Assembly (NCBI RefSeq): GCF_018350175.1
Contig: NC_058368.1
Span: 153,700,001 to 153,764,000, forward strand
Origin: Felis catus
Taxonomy: Eukaryota
Direction: 5' to 3'
Length of the DNA stretch: 64,000 nt
Part shown: one piece after another, positions 1 through 13,279 of the stretch
How the letters are laid out: each line of letters opens with the position of its first letter
Numbering within the stretch: position 1 is the first letter of the stretch
Translations under genes and position numbers: made by a program
The notes under the pieces: generated by a model
The model's input: the letters and a program-made list of their open reading frames with translations, nothing else
Told to the model about the DNA's origin: nothing
Database searches by the model: none

Positions 1-110
1 TATAAATATAAGTTAGGTTAACACCTGACTTGATAGCAGATATTATTTAATCCTAACTAACACCAAAGAAAAACAAGGAACAGGGCCAGTTCATTTAGGC
101 CAGTTAATGT

Positions 111-160
111 TTTTTTTTCTATTTTTTGAATTTTTTATTAAAAATTTGATATTTATTTTT

Positions 161-192
<32 letters not shown>

Positions 193-353
193 AAGTGAGC
201 AAGGGAGGGGCAGAGAGAGGGAGAGAATCTGAAGCAGGCCCCAGACTCTGAGCTGTCAGCATAGAGTCCATTGCGGGGCCTGAACTCATGAACCACGATT
301 CATGACCTGAGCCAGGGTCGGAAGCTCAACCAACTGAGCCACCCAGGCACCCC
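111..353 (-). mobile_element. Can-SINE (SINEC_Fc family)
   Basis: T-rich tail, (GA)n tract and a tRNA-derived head ending CTGAGCCACCCAGGCACCCC, the reverse complement of the Can-SINE 5' end. Confidence 0.93.
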
Positions 354-382
354 TATGGTTTGTTGTTTTAAAAAGTTAATGT

Positions 383-590
383 GGGGCACCTGGGTGCCTC
401 AGTCAGTTGTGTATCCGACTTGATTTTGGCTCAAGTCTTGATTCCATGGTCGTGGGATCGAACCCCACATTAGGGTCCTTGCTGAGCATGGAGCCTACTT
501 AAGAGTCTCTCTCACATGCTCTCTCTCTCCCTCTCTCTCTCCCTTCTCTCTGCTACCCTCCCCCATGATTTCTCTTTAACATAAAAAATA
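383..590 (+). mobile_element. Can-SINE, older subfamily
   Basis: GGGGCACCTGGGTG head, (CT)n, A tail; 12-bp TSD AAAAGTTAATGT at 371-382 and 591-602. Confidence 0.93.
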
Positions 591-1439
591 AAAAGTTAAT
601 GTAATTTTATCCTATATAATCTTATTAAAATAAAACATCCTATCTAAAAAATGTTACTTATGTAAATATATTTATGAATTATATATATTTATATGAATGT
701 AAAGTTAGGCATGGGAGGCCACACAGATAATAATTGCATTGATTAGTTTAGAGGACTTAATTTTTAAAAATTCAATACTGTTTTAAAAATTTGTAAGTAC
801 AATTGTAAGTAAGTGTTATATAAAATAAAATAATCTCAGGAGTAGGTGGAACTCTTAAAGAAATAAGATTAATAATAGCAACAATATATAACTTATATTT
901 GTTTAGCAAACTATGGTTTATATTATGTAATAGACTATAGTTTATTATTATAATTGTTCTTTAATTTTAACTTTAATTGGTTCCTTACAATTTTCTAAGG
1001 TAGGTAAGGTAGCAATTGTTTTACTTTGAGGGTATTAAGATAAACTTGGAGAAGCAAAGTGATTTATTTTAGTCTTAGTTCTAGTCATAACAAGCACACA
1101 CATGTGTCTTTGCAGAAGCATTTTTCTGGATGAATCAGTCCTGTCCAGAGGAAGAAAAGACTGATTTGGTCTTCTGTGTTGAATGTATGTATACCTGAGT
1201 GTAAAAGTATAATGCAATATAAAATAGTATCTTAGAATACATAACTATATAAAAAAATAATGCCCTATGATGATGTAATAAAGTTAGAGGTTAAATCATA
1301 CATTTTTCCCATATATTTGTTCTAATAGGGATATTACAAAATTAAAATTCATGAAAGATAAGCTGAAGAAGTATGCTAAGATTGTGAAAACCAAGCTCTA
1401 AGAAAAATTATCTTGAAGGAATTGAGAAATGTTTTATTA

Positions 1440-1540
1440 AAGAGTAAGCTTCAAAAGAGTAGGGACCATTTCTGTTTTGTTCACAAGTGGTTCTTAGTAT
1501 AAAGTAGGTACAGAATAATTATTTGCTCAATGATTAGATG
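1440..1540 (+). mobile_element. L2 3' end fragment
   Basis: GTAAGCTTC...GGGACCATTTCTGTTTTGTTCAC...GTAGGTAC...TATTTGCTCAATGA resembles the L2 terminus. Confidence 0.55.
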
Positions 1541-1717
1541 ACACAATTTCTGTCATCATTTACTTGAAGGATGGGCATTTGATTTATTCAGAGGATAGTC
1601 ATACAAATAAGAATTGGAAGTTATTGAGACAAATTCTAGCTATATTTATATAAGGAAGAAATTTCCCATGGTGAGTGCTTTTTACATGAAAGGCTTTTAA
1701 AAGCATTTGGCATTATT

Positions 1718-1936
1718 GGGGCGCCTGGGTGGCTTCGTCGGTTAAGCGTCCGACTTCGGCTCAGGTCATGATCTCACGGTCCGTGAGTTCGAGCCCCGCG
1801 TCCGGCTCTGTGCTGACAGCTCAGAGCCTGGAGCCTGTTTCAGAGTCTGTGTCTCCCTCTCTCTCTGCCCCTCCCGTGTTCATGCTCTGTCTCTCTCTGT
1901 CTCAAAAATAAATAAACGTTAAAAAAAAATTTTTAA
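1718..1936 (+). mobile_element. Can-SINE (SINEC_Fc), fairly young
   Basis: Full head with many CpGs retained; TSD AAAAG(C/T)ATTTGGCATTATT at 1699-1717 and 1937-1955. Confidence 0.96.
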
Positions 1937-2979
1937 AAAAGTATTTGGCATTATTTACTACAGGAGGAGTTACTTAATTTTAAGTATCTACATTTCAGTT
2001 GAAGTACCAAAAGCTGTTTTGCTAATAGCAGAATATTTTGTAGGTAAAGAATATGCCTTGTACATTGGATATTTTTCTGCTAAAACATGGAGCATTATCA
2101 AAACTCCTAAAATAATTTTCATGACCTCAAGTGAAACACTAAACGATGATTTCCATTTTTGAATTGAAATAATGCCACTTCAGAAATAAGCAAGAGTGGG
2201 CTATAGTCTGGGATTAGAAATTTGTGAAAATAGATAATTCTGAAAAAAATCTCAAGTTTTAAAAATTCCAACTTTGCAATTATTTAGGTATGGTTTTTCT
2301 GTTAGTCTTTCTAATGTTTAATGTGAAGTGGGCCAAAGGGAAAAGGATATAACTGGAAGAAAGCTTCAGTTTTTGGTTAGAAAGTGGTTATGGATAATCC
2401 ACATACTAAACTATTTACTGGAAGAAAAATAATTTTGATAATGTATCAATAGCTTTTGAACTTCATTTTTGCATTTTCTTTGAATAAGGGTAGATCCATT
2501 GAAGTCTTCAATGTAATAAGAATTTGCCAATGGAATATCGTTAGTAGACCTTAATTTCACCTTTCAAAAGAACTGAATTCAGAAAAGTGCAGTACGCTTT
2601 AGGAGTAAAACAGATTTGGTAGTCACCAAGAAGAAATTTTTCTATTTTGCTTGTTTGTTTTAAAATAAGTGGCCTATTTATTATAATTATTATTATTGAT
2701 GATTGGTTTATTTTCTTAAATACATATCTAAGTTGCTTTTGTTGAGCGTTAACCTCATTATTCAAATCATCTGAAAGGGGAAATCTGTACAATGGAAGTT
2801 AAAAAGTAGCTTGAAATATGAGACAAACAATACTTATATTGACAGATATATGCATCCTTAAATTTTTGAACACATTTAAAAATGTATAGATTAAAAACAA
2901 TAATTTATGCATGAAAAACAGTTCTGGAGATCTGACTTTATGAGTCAATAAAAGTTTTTATTTTTGAAGCTCCAATGTT

Positions 2980-3195
2980 TTATATGTATATGTGTATATA
3001 TATAAAATATATATAATATAAAAAATATATACTAAAGTTTTATAATTTTTTATATATTAACATATACTATAAGTATATTATAGTATAAATATATAATAGT
3101 ATTTTATAATATATGTTGATGGTAAATGTAAATAATATACATATAATATATATGCATATATACATGTAATATATACATATAGATAAATAAATAAT
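2980..3195. repeat. AT-rich low-complexity / degenerate (TA)n
   Basis: Almost only A/T with TATATA runs. Confidence 0.75.
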
Positions 3196-3375
3196 GAATG
3201 GTAGAAGGACAGTAGTTATTTTTCTGAACACATTATGTAATAACTTAGAAATAACTTTTTTGATCAAGTGGATATAAACTCAAGGTTCAGGACTGCTTAA
3301 GGTTTTGTGGTGGGTTTATTTTATAAAGCAATCTACCTAAAAGTGTCATGGTAAATATAAAATGTGAACAAAACA

Positions 3376-3537
3376 GGGTGACTGGATGGCACAGTCCATT
3401 AGGCATCTGATTCTTGATTTCAGCTCCAGTCATGATCTCACAGTTTGTGAGATCAGGCCCTGTGTCAGGCTCTGTGCTGAGCATGGAGCTTGCTTGGGAT
3501 TCTCTCTCTCCTCCTCTCTCTTCCTCTCCCCCGGTGG

Positions 3538-3587
<50 letters not shown>

Positions 3588-3600
3588 AAATAAATAAACT
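3376..3600 (+). mobile_element. Can-SINE, older subfamily, with expanded (CT)n
   Basis: Diverged head GGGTGACTGGATGGCACAGTC, long (CT)n at about 3543-3584, AATAAA tail; near-TSD AATGTGAA(C/T)AAAA. Confidence 0.92.
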
Positions 3601-4896
3601 TTATAATGTGAATAAAAATCTTTTTAAAATATTTAAGTGAAAGGTTATAGTATCATAGCACATATTTCTCTCTAGTGTTTGTATTGTGTAATCATTGTTT
3701 CAGTATTTATGATCAGTTTAAGCCTCAGCTTGCCTACCTGAATGGGGAAGTTTCGGTCTTTCAATTTAGCCTATAGTTCAGGAAAGGCACACCTTTATCT
3801 CTTGCCTACTTTTATGGCCTCAGAAACGCCTTTCTGGGGCTATAGAGAAGCAATAGAATAGAATTCATAACTATGATTTCCATGGTAATATTCTGTTTCA
3901 GAAGAAGATACAAATAAATGGCTGATTTTCTGTCTAGCTGTGTAATAGGATGGCAATCTTTTTACTTGGGTTTTCTGCTTAAAAAATGGATATAACTTGA
4001 ACATCATCTTTCTTTGTGTGAATGAAAATAATTTACAGCATAAGTACTTTGTAAGTGCATAATATTCTGCAAATGCTCAATAATTAACAGAACAGCTCGT
4101 TTTAAAATATAAATCAAGTATGCTAGGGGAGGAAAAATTCCAGGAGGGAAACCAGGCAAAGTGCCACTCTCTTAGAGCTCTAGGCAGATACTCTAGCTGT
4201 GGTGAGGTTGAGTGGCTTTCTTTATCAACTCCTCCATGAAGTATTATGAGCCCATCCGTAGGCACACACCAGATTACCCTCAGAGCTTTTTGTCCTTGCC
4301 CAAAGACAAAATCACTAACTTAAAAGAAATAATACACACCTGGTAAGTGTGAGTCATGTTGGAAATGGAATAAGGAACATGATGGTCTTCATAGAGCTTT
4401 TGGTTTTGTGGGAAAGGCAAGCAATGAAGTAAGTCTTACTATCTCACAGTGAATTGACATATGGCAGAGGAAGTGCAAAGTGATCAGAGCACATGGTAGG
4501 GGCACTGAAGCTCTTCCAGCTTGGAGGTAGAACTAGCTAGGGAAAGCTTAACAAGGAAGTGCCTTGTGGTGGCTCGCTGCTATTGAATGGAAATTTAGGC
4601 TAGGAAAGAAGCATAATTCCTAAAGAGGTAATACATGGCTCAAAAAGATTTCCAATAGGATTATTTTATAATTTTAATTTATTCTGTTTATATCATTTGT
4701 TGACTGTTGTCTCCAATTTTTATTTTTTCACATGCCATCCTTCCCTGATTTGCAGATTTTAGGGTTTTCTTATTGTATAATAAACTCTTGAATTTAGCTT
4801 CCACAGTTCTCCACCATCTGACACTAAATAACTGATAAATCTTAAAATTCAGTCTGAAGGAAACACCCTCTAGACATGGAAGTATTTGAACTTTCC

Positions 4897-5087
4897 TTTT
4901 TTTAAAAAAATAGTTTATTTATTTATTTTGAGAGAGAGACTAGGGGACAGAGAGAGAGGGAGAGAGAATCCCAAGCAGGTTCCCCGCTGTCAGCACAGAA
5001 CCTGACACGGGGGCTCGATCTCACGAACCATGACCTGAATCGAAATCCAGAGTCTAACACTTAACTGACTGAACCATCCAGGTGTCC
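4897..5087 (-). mobile_element. Can-SINE
   Basis: TTTATTTATTTTGAGAGAG...GAATCCCAAGCAGG...ACTGAACCATCCAGGTGTCC. Confidence 0.92.
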
Positions 5088-5712
5088 AGAGCTTTCTTAT
5101 ATGTGAATTTTGGTCTTCACGTATCTTGCCTGTGTAAATAATTTTAGACAAACATAACCCGTATCTCATCTACTTCACAAATCTCTGATTACACTCCTTG
5201 GACAGAGGCTGTCTGTCAAGAAAAAAAGAATATTGTCTACAATGTTAATGTTTTCCTTACTCTATATTCTCTTTTTTTGAGATTTCACTCACAGAAAACA
5301 TTCAAATTATAGAATTAGTTAATCTGAAAAGAAAGCACAACTGCTTCAAAAATAAGTGATAGTTACTTATATGTCATAATTCTATTTTGAACTCATGAGT
5401 CTTAATGCTACAAAGTTCAAACATATTCTTTACCTCTGCTATGCTCAAATATTGGGTAACTCTGAAAAATACAACACATTTATTTTATATCATGAAAGTT
5501 CTGGTTCAAAATTATAATTTTCTGTGTAGTATTTGTTTTTGGTTCTTCAACTAGATTTTAATAAACCCTATGAAATAAGGACCTTACTTCCTTCACTTTT
5601 TCCTTGCTTTTACTCTATGAAATGCATGTCTTTCAGATTATTTATTATCTTAAAAGTAATAAATATGGCTTGGAAAGCCTCAAGATGATTCATTCAATTC
5701 TATAATGAAATC

Positions 5713-5751
<39 letters not shown>

Positions 5752-5792
5752 GTGTATATACATGTGTATATATACATACATATGTATATATA
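5713..5792. repeat. Compound (TG)n/(TATG)n/(TA)n microsatellite
   Basis: Direct inspection. Confidence 0.85.
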
Positions 5793-5899
5793 TTGTCTAC
5801 CACATATTCTTTTCTGTGTTAGATTTTAAGAAAATGATAGTGAAAGATAGTACTATAGGTGTTTCTCCAAATAATACTATTAAAGGAAACTGATAAGTG

Positions 5900-6650
5900 G
5901 ATGGAAAATTACAACACATTGTAATAAGTTGTGTGAAAGGGCAGTTTGATTATGGAAGCTCATGAGAAGTGACCATATCCATTTTGGGAATCTGGGAAAG
6001 CTTTCTGAAAGAGTGCATGTAAGCTGAGACTTGAAGGATGAGTGGGAATTAATCAGACGAGGAAGTGGGGAAAAGAATTGCATGTGTAAAGTCTCCGAGA
6101 TTAGAGAGACCATGACTTGTTTATGGAACTTGAACAAGTTAAGCCTGAAGTAGCAAGGGATATGGCTGGAGAGGGAGAGAGAGAAGCAGATGAAGAAGAG
6201 CATATAAGATATGCTAGTGTTTATATAAAGAACAATGCGGAGAACTTACAGCATTTTAATCAGAGGCATGAAATGTTTAGATTTACCTTTTATAAAGAGC
6301 ATTAGTTCTGTACAGTGTAGCAAAAATTAGAAGAAAGCAAGACTTGAGTTTTGAGAGTATTGTAATAATTCTGCAATGTACAATGTGATTAGAGCTTACA
6401 AAGGAAGTTGGCAATGGGGATAAAGAGAGGTAGTTGGAGTCAAGAAATATTTTAAGAGTAAAATCCATAGATTTTGCTGGTTGTAGGCAATAAAGAAATG
6501 AAACAGTCCAATATGACTGGATATTGATTTAAAGCAACCATCTGAATTGTACCATTCACCAATATAGAAACACAGGAAAGAGAAAAGCAGACTTGTGGGA
6601 AGAGGAAAACAATAGTTTCAGTACTGAATACGTCAAGTTTCAAGAACTGA
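5900..6650 (-). mobile_element. L2 remnant
   Basis: Purine-rich antisense L2 motifs: AGCTGAGACTTGAAGGATGAGTGGGAATTAA, GCATGTGTAAAG, TTTTAATCAGAGGCATGAAATG, ATTGTACCATTCACC. Confidence 0.75.
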
Positions 6651-6721
6651 AAGGCATCAAAGTAGGTGTATTGTTAATTCTTGGCAAAGTAGTGTTGGCT
6701 ACCAACATCTAGTAGCAATTT

Positions 6722-6998
6722 AAAAGAAAATTATTTTAATGTTTATTTAATTTTAAGAGAGAGAGAGACAGAGAGACAGAGAGAGAATAAGAGAGCAAGC
6801 ATGAGTGGGGGCAGGGCAGAGAGAGATCCGGAGACACAGAATCTGAAGCAGGCTTCAGGCTCTGAGCTGTCAGCAGAGAGCCTGATGCGGGGCTCGAACT
6901 CATAAACAGTGAGGTCATGACCTGAGCCGGAGGTGGATGCTTAACCATGACCTGAGCCGGAGGTGGATGCTTAACCAACTGAGCCACCCAGGAGCCCC
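6722..6998 (-). mobile_element. Can-SINE with internal 30-bp tandem duplication
   Basis: Complete SINE; 14-bp TSD TCTAGTAGCAATTT at 6708-6721 and 6999-7012; duplicated unit at 6916-6945 and 6946-6975. Confidence 0.95.
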
Positions 6999-7757
6999 TC
7001 TAGTAGCAATTTCTTATCTTTAAGAAAAAGCTCAGCCCTGGTAAGAATACATTAAACGTGTTTTAACTTTCTAAGTTTAGTCTAAGTGCATACCACCCCT
7101 TGACTGATTTTTCTAAAACACATTTCTGATGATGCTACTTGCCATTTCAATATGATTTACATTCAAGGGAAATTGTTGGTGAAAAGAAATTTTTGTTCTG
7201 TCACTATTTTGTTCATAGAAGACATTCAAATTTTTAATGATTCATAGTTTTAATTTAATGAAATTTACTTACTAAATATCTAATATACAAAACTATTGAG
7301 ATGTAGAAGTAAATAGGACAACATAATGATCTTCAATAGATTTTAAATCTATATAGCATTTACTTTAACTTTATTTAACTATGTATCGTAAGCGGTGAAG
7401 TAGGAATTATCAAAAGAAAAACTGCACCAGGTTTTGACTGTTTTGAAAATACAGGATCCAATAGAGCCTCAGAAACCCAGGAATGTTAGGAAATTCATAA
7501 GGGAATAAAGATTTACCATGTGGGCATTGAAAAGATACTAAAAATATGAAAAAAAAGTAGATTATCATTTATCTAGTGATGAAAGGGTCATTCATTATTT
7601 TTGTGAGGGCAATTTCAGGAGGTCAGTAAGGCCCTAAGTCAATTGGGAGAATATCATGGAGAGAAATGGAGAGAGCAACCATAGTTTACATTCACTTGGC
7701 TCCAATATAAATGGATGAAGTTGATACATAAAAACTGAAACTAAAGTTATGATTCAG

Positions 7758-7758
<1 letters not shown>

Positions 7759-7796
<38 letters not shown>
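7759..7796. repeat. (TG)19 microsatellite
   Basis: Perfect dinucleotide run. Confidence 0.95.
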
Positions 7797-7798
<2 letters not shown>

Positions 7799-8559
7799 CA
7801 TGCACATGCACCTGGGTATGTGTATATACATGGGAATGTATATGTATGTATTTGTAACACTTAAGAAGAGTTGAAACAGCTGGGGTCTCTAGAGAGAGTA
7901 CAGTGGCAAGTCCTATAAGTTTAAAAAAAGCATTTAGTCTATGAACAAATAATAAAGAAAAATTGCATATATTCAACTATGGCTAATGAAAAATGCATTG
8001 CTAGATGGTTAAGTTAAACCAGAAGAGAAGAAAGATTGAGAGGACTGATTAATGATAATGTTTATTATATTGCTTGTGAAGAAGCTTTCCAGAAATGGAT
8101 GAGAGTCAGGTGAAAGAAGAAGAGTACCATTTTAAGAAGAGAATCCAAAAAAGTTTTGGACAATCTCATAGATGTGCACAGAGAATACACTGGGATTCAG
8201 GGCTGCCAGAGCAATCAGGACTTGAGGGAGCAAGGTCCTGGGTAAATGGCAGATACAGCCAAGTGCCCAATGTTCATCAGCCTTCTGTCTTCAGGAATTT
8301 GTGGAATTTTTAAGTTCCACAAGATCAGAAGTAAGCAGAGAGCTTCTAACAAGCAGAGAAGAGTTTTTGGAAATTTCAAATTTCCAAGGAGACAAAAAAT
8401 AAAAATCAGGAATTGTCAAGGAGGAAGGGCATTGCAGAATGACCTAGGTTCTTGGACCTGAAGGACTATGTTCTGGTCACAGTTATGAATTAGAGGAAGA
8501 AAATCAACCTTACAAAACCTGGAACCTAACCCTAAGTAAGAGAAAAACAAGAAAAAAAT

Positions 8560-9110
8560 ATTAAAAGAGAGAATAAATGGCATAAATGTCACAGCAGTAA
8601 AATAAAATTTAGGATTGCCTTTTCAACAGAAATGAAAGAAACAAGAAAACAGTGGAGTGGCATCTTTAAAGTGTTGAGAGAAGACAACTGTGTACTTGAA
8701 ATTTTATAAACTAGTGAAACTATCCTTCAAAAGTGATATTTTCCCATAAAAAAGGGAGAAATTTAAAATGCAAATTAATTTTTAGACATTGAAAAATACT
8801 AAGGGGCATTTTTTAGGTTAAGGAAGATGCTGGAAGATAGAAATACAAATATGCATGAAGAAATGGGGAGCCCCTGAAAGGGCAAACATGTGATTCTATA
8901 TGAATGAATAATTCACTATACAAAAAATTGCAAAAACTTGTTCTGAAGTCTAAATTATATTAAAAACACAACACTACAGTGTCACAAAATGTGATATAGG
9001 TACATGGAGTAAAAGTGTTCCAGAGTCCTAGAAATTTCTGGGAAATGGTAAAAGACATTACTTACATGAGAAGATAATGAGTTAAATATGAATATTGCAA
9101 TCTCCAGAAC
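8560..9110 (+). mobile_element. Old L1 (L1M) ORF1 3' / inter-ORF remnant
   Basis: TTTTCAACAGAAATG...AAAACAGTGGAGTGGCATCTTTAAAGTGTTGAGAGAA...AACTATCCTTCAAAAGTGA, typical of decayed L1 ORF1. Confidence 0.75.
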
Positions 9111-9644
9111 AGACTTTTTCAGTATTTTTATCCTAGTGGAAATTTTAAAATAACATACATTAGTATGATCAGTAAGCTGTAGATTAATGATTCAATATTA
9201 ATTTTCAGTGATCATTTTAATGGAGAATATTTTTCTGTGTTTTTTAGGCTATTATCTTCTCTTTTTGTGTTATTTCTGTCTCATAAAGGATGCAAACTGG
9301 ATACAAATCAATGATGTAGTTAGAAATAACTTTAGTTTTCACTTTGTTAAAAAAATAATTTTTAACTTTTCCAAGAAGGTCTATACAAGGTATGCCAAAC
9401 CTAATAAGATAAGGTATGTGGTTTATGGTATGCATAAGAATAGTTTTTCATCTTATTTAAAAATAAAAATAATTTTTAGTTAATCTTTTTTTAGAAATAA
9501 AATAGTTAATTTTAGCTTACTTTTCTTAATCTTTTTCATAAATGTTAAATATATAGTTTTATAAGTTCTCTATAGTTTATAAAATTCTATATTTTATAAA
9601 CACAAATGTGTGTAGATATACGTATACATATACAAACACACACA

Positions 9645-9708
9645 AAAGGCTGACTAAAACATTTAAACCCAAGATACAAAATCTCTATAAATATCAAGCT
9701 GGACAAAT

Positions 9709-9739
<31 letters not shown>

Positions 9740-9830
9740 CACAGAAAACAATTCTTAAGCACAGCATAGTAAAACACACTTAAAGGCAAAGACAAGGAAA
9801 AAATACTGTTAGCAAAGACAGAAAAGACAT
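9645..9830 (+). mobile_element. Old L1 ORF1 fragment containing (CA)n
   Basis: AAACCCAAGATACAAAA...CATAGTAAAA...AAAGACAAGGAAAAAATACTG; (CA)n at about 9709-9743. Confidence 0.55.
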
Positions 9831-9831
9831 T

Positions 9832-11223
9832 GATGTGCATTTCTTGTAGGTATCACGTACTCAGATTTTGTCTTTTCACCAGTCTTACAATGTCTGCCTT
9901 TTCAATGGGCTTTTAATGTTGTTTATATTTAATGGGATTAGTGATATGGTTAGATTTTAATCTATCTTGTTATTTCTTTTCTTTTTGTCCCATCTGTTCT
10001 TTGTTATTCCCTTGTTTACTGTCTTCTTTCGCATTAATTGTCTTTTGTGATTTATTTGATCTCCTTTTGGTTCATTTTAGTGGACCAATATTTTAGTGTT
10101 TGTGTGTACTGAAAAGTCACTCAAGTAACAGAACAGTTATAACACTGCTTGTGATATTTGGGTGATTGCGGTAATATTAATAGTACATATCTTTAACTGA
10201 TCACGTTCTACCTCCAAGTAGTATTATACTACTTCATGTATAGTAAAAGGATTTTAAAATAATATATTTTATTTACACTTTCTTGGCCTTTGTGTTGCTG
10301 TTGTCATGGATTTTATATCTACATATATTGTTAAGTCCCCACATGTATCATTCTTATTTTTTATTCAGTCAACTATCATTGAAAGAGATTTAAATAGTAA
10401 AAAGTATTTACATTTATCTACATAGTTACTGTTTGTCACGGCCTTATATTTTAGGGTGTGTGTTACCTAGTTTTCAGTCTGGTATTATTTTGCTTCTGCT
10501 TGAACACCCACCTTGAATGTTTCTTACAGTGCTGATCGGTGATGAAAAGCTCTTTCAAATGTTATATATCTGAAAAAGGCATTATTTCACTTTCATATTT
10601 GGAAGACGTTTTGGTTAAAAAATTATAGCCCAAACCTTCCCTTCCCCCTTCCTCACCCCAAACTATTTAAAGATGTGGCTCCATTGTCTCTTTGCTTTCT
10701 TTGTTTCTGACAAGACTTAGGTTGCCATTCTTATCTTTGTTTCTCTGTATATTAGATGTTATTTCGCTCGGGCTGCTTACACAATTTACTCTTTATCACT
10801 GGGTTTAAGCAATTTGATTATGATGAGTCTTGTATAGTTTTCTTTGTCTTTAATGTGTTCGGGATTAGGTGAACATCTTAGATTCATGATATAATTTTCA
10901 TCACATTTGGAAAAAATTCAGTCGTTATTACTGTATTAATTGTATCATTTCAGCCCCAACACCTCACACCTTTCAGGGATTCCAATTACATGTCATTTAT
11001 CTGCTTGAAGTTTCAGCCTAGAAATTTTCTCCAAGCAGTAAGGGCAATAGTACAGACCATCTCCCTTTTCCGCCATCTTTTAACACTCACTCTCCTTTTT
11101 GACCTGCATTCCAGTGTTTTAAGTACCATTACTTCACATATTTTGTCTGTATTTTTAGTTGTTTCACATGAGAGAGTAAATCCAGTCCCCGTTATACCAT
11201 CTTTACCAGAAATAGAAGTCTCC
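9832..11223 (-). mobile_element. Old L1 (L1MC/L1MD-like) 5' end, ORF1 and inter-ORF, internally deleted
   Basis: T-rich antisense ORF1 motifs (TTTAAAGATGTGGCTCCATTGTCT, GCAATTTGATTATGATG, GGGATTCCAATTACATG) and the 5'-terminal motif GTAAATCCAGTCCCCGTTATACCATCTTTACCAGAAATAGAAGTC. Confidence 0.8.
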
Positions 11224-13084
11224 AGAATGTCACTTGAATTTCTAGTGAGAAAAATATATTGGATGATTTTATAAGCCCCTAAGTGAATTTTCTTCTTGAA
11301 GGCAGATATATGTTAAACAAAATGATAACATTGTTTTTTGATGAGCATGAATGCATAGCAAGAGAAAATTCCTATAAATTTAAAATGCATAAAGACTTAA
11401 AAAATGTAAGCATCTTATTACTCAAAGAAAAGAAATAGAAAACAAGAGAAAACTACATGACACTTAATTACATATATAATCAAAGAAAGCATCTGATTAA
11501 TATAGAAATCTGAAAAGTTTGAAATTGATTTGTTTTCAGTCCTCTTATGTGTATTATCACAGAAACAAGTACAATGTTGTATATATGTATGATGAAACTG
11601 TGTAAAGTAGTAAAAATGAATGGATAATATCTATATGAATATGGATTATAATAATGATACTTTCAGAAATAAATCTTTGTTTAGGCAAAATATACAAAGC
11701 AGAATCAGGAAGACTTAGAAACAGTGCATCATATGGCTAGTGAGTTGTAGATTTTGTGGTGGGCTTAGGAAATTCTTATTTGATGGCTTTATTTCCTCAA
11801 GAGTAAATGAGAAAAATTTATCAAATAAAGTGAATTGTAAGGGTTTGGGGAGTATGAGAACAAGGGAGTTGTCTTATGTCTGTCTTGGGCAGTGGAAGGT
11901 ACATTTCTATGAAATTGGAGAGTTGACAGGTAGCACTGAGTGGCATATTCGTGTGATTTTTCTCCATCCATATTCAGCTGTTTACAGAGTGCCTAATATT
12001 GGGTTTCACTAACTCTAGGGTTCTGTCAGATGACGGAACAGATGGTGAGAGAGATAATAGAATAAGGAGTGCTACATTCTAGCAGGAAAAAAAATCTATG
12101 GAGTTAAGTAATGTGAGCTTTCAGTGATATATTTATCAGAATGGGGAAAGTAACATTTTGCAGATCAGGATTTGTGACATAGTGGACTTACAATAATGGA
12201 TGGATTGCCTCTGCAGATGTTGAGTTTGCCATGACTCATGATGGAACTAGGGCTAAGGATCCAGACAGTTTACCAAGTAGTGAAGTCTTCAGTAAATTGG
12301 GGAACTTAAGGAACAATGAGATTTTGAGTGTTATACACTTATCACAGATGCTTCAAAGGATCTATAGGTTTTTGAAAGATAAAGGTGAACTGTGTTGTAA
12401 AAGCATGGAGTAGAGGGTACAAACTAAGGGCCTGTCTGATGGGTGGCATGGATAAGACTCATTGGGGCTGTGAGCACAACAGAGAAATGACATAGAATCG
12501 ACCTAGCAGGCAGAAAGATCGCTGACATTTCACCTCACCAACCCCCCTCACCCCCCTGCCAAACTTCTACAGAAAGCCTACATATTTATTATGCTGAGAA
12601 AGCAGAACTTTTCCAATTTGGTCAGCAGACTTCAGTACAGGGTGACAGCATGGATCCTCAACAGTAAGCAGAAACAGGAATATTTTCATAGATGCCAGTA
12701 TCTGTACTTAGGGACTAGATCAACTGGCAAAACTCTGGAAAACCAAAAAAGGATCAGAAGTCAGGATCTGGATTAGGAGACAACTTTAATGTCTTTTTTG
12801 AAAAAGGATCCACCTGTTAGGTATATTCTAGGAAAAATACTGGAGACAGGTTAATGAAGTAATCCAGAAAAGATTAGACATTTTCTCAAAAACAACTGTT
12901 TAATACTGAAAGAGGCTTTTTTTTTTTTTTAGCCAGAAAAAAATGTCTCAACTTTATACCTCTCCTCTCTTCTACACCTTCTCGCCAGGCAGTATAATAG
13001 CTTTTCAAAAAGTTTAAATTCAATTTAGAAAATTTGGAAGCCATATATAAAATAGTATGAACATATGTTATTTATCCAACTCAA

Positions 13085-13087
<3 letters not shown>

Positions 13088-13133
<46 letters not shown>

Positions 13134-13148
13134 ACACACAGACACACA
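13088..13148. repeat. (CA)n microsatellite
   Basis: Direct inspection. Confidence 0.95.
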
Positions 13149-13279
13149 AGAAAATAGGGTCTCTTTCTCTCTTCCTCCTTTTTTTTAAAATTCATCACTG
13201 TATTGTAGCTACTTAAAATAGCAATGATACAAGCTAGATTAAATATTTTTTATTTAAATGAATATACACATGAATTGAA

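Noticed and set aside
1718..1810. tRNA-like A/B boxes in SINE heads
   Set aside because: tRNA-derived Can-SINE promoters followed by (CT)n and A tails, not tRNA genes
8299..8322. Hairpin TTGTGGAA-N8-TTCCACAA as a possible pre-miRNA
   Set aside because: Stem too short, extension poor, expected by chance and probably within old L1 sequence
9208..9483. 91-aa ORF with nearby AG and GTATG splice-like sites
   Set aside because: Low-complexity F/I/K-rich translation of AT-rich DNA, weak splice context, no homology recognised
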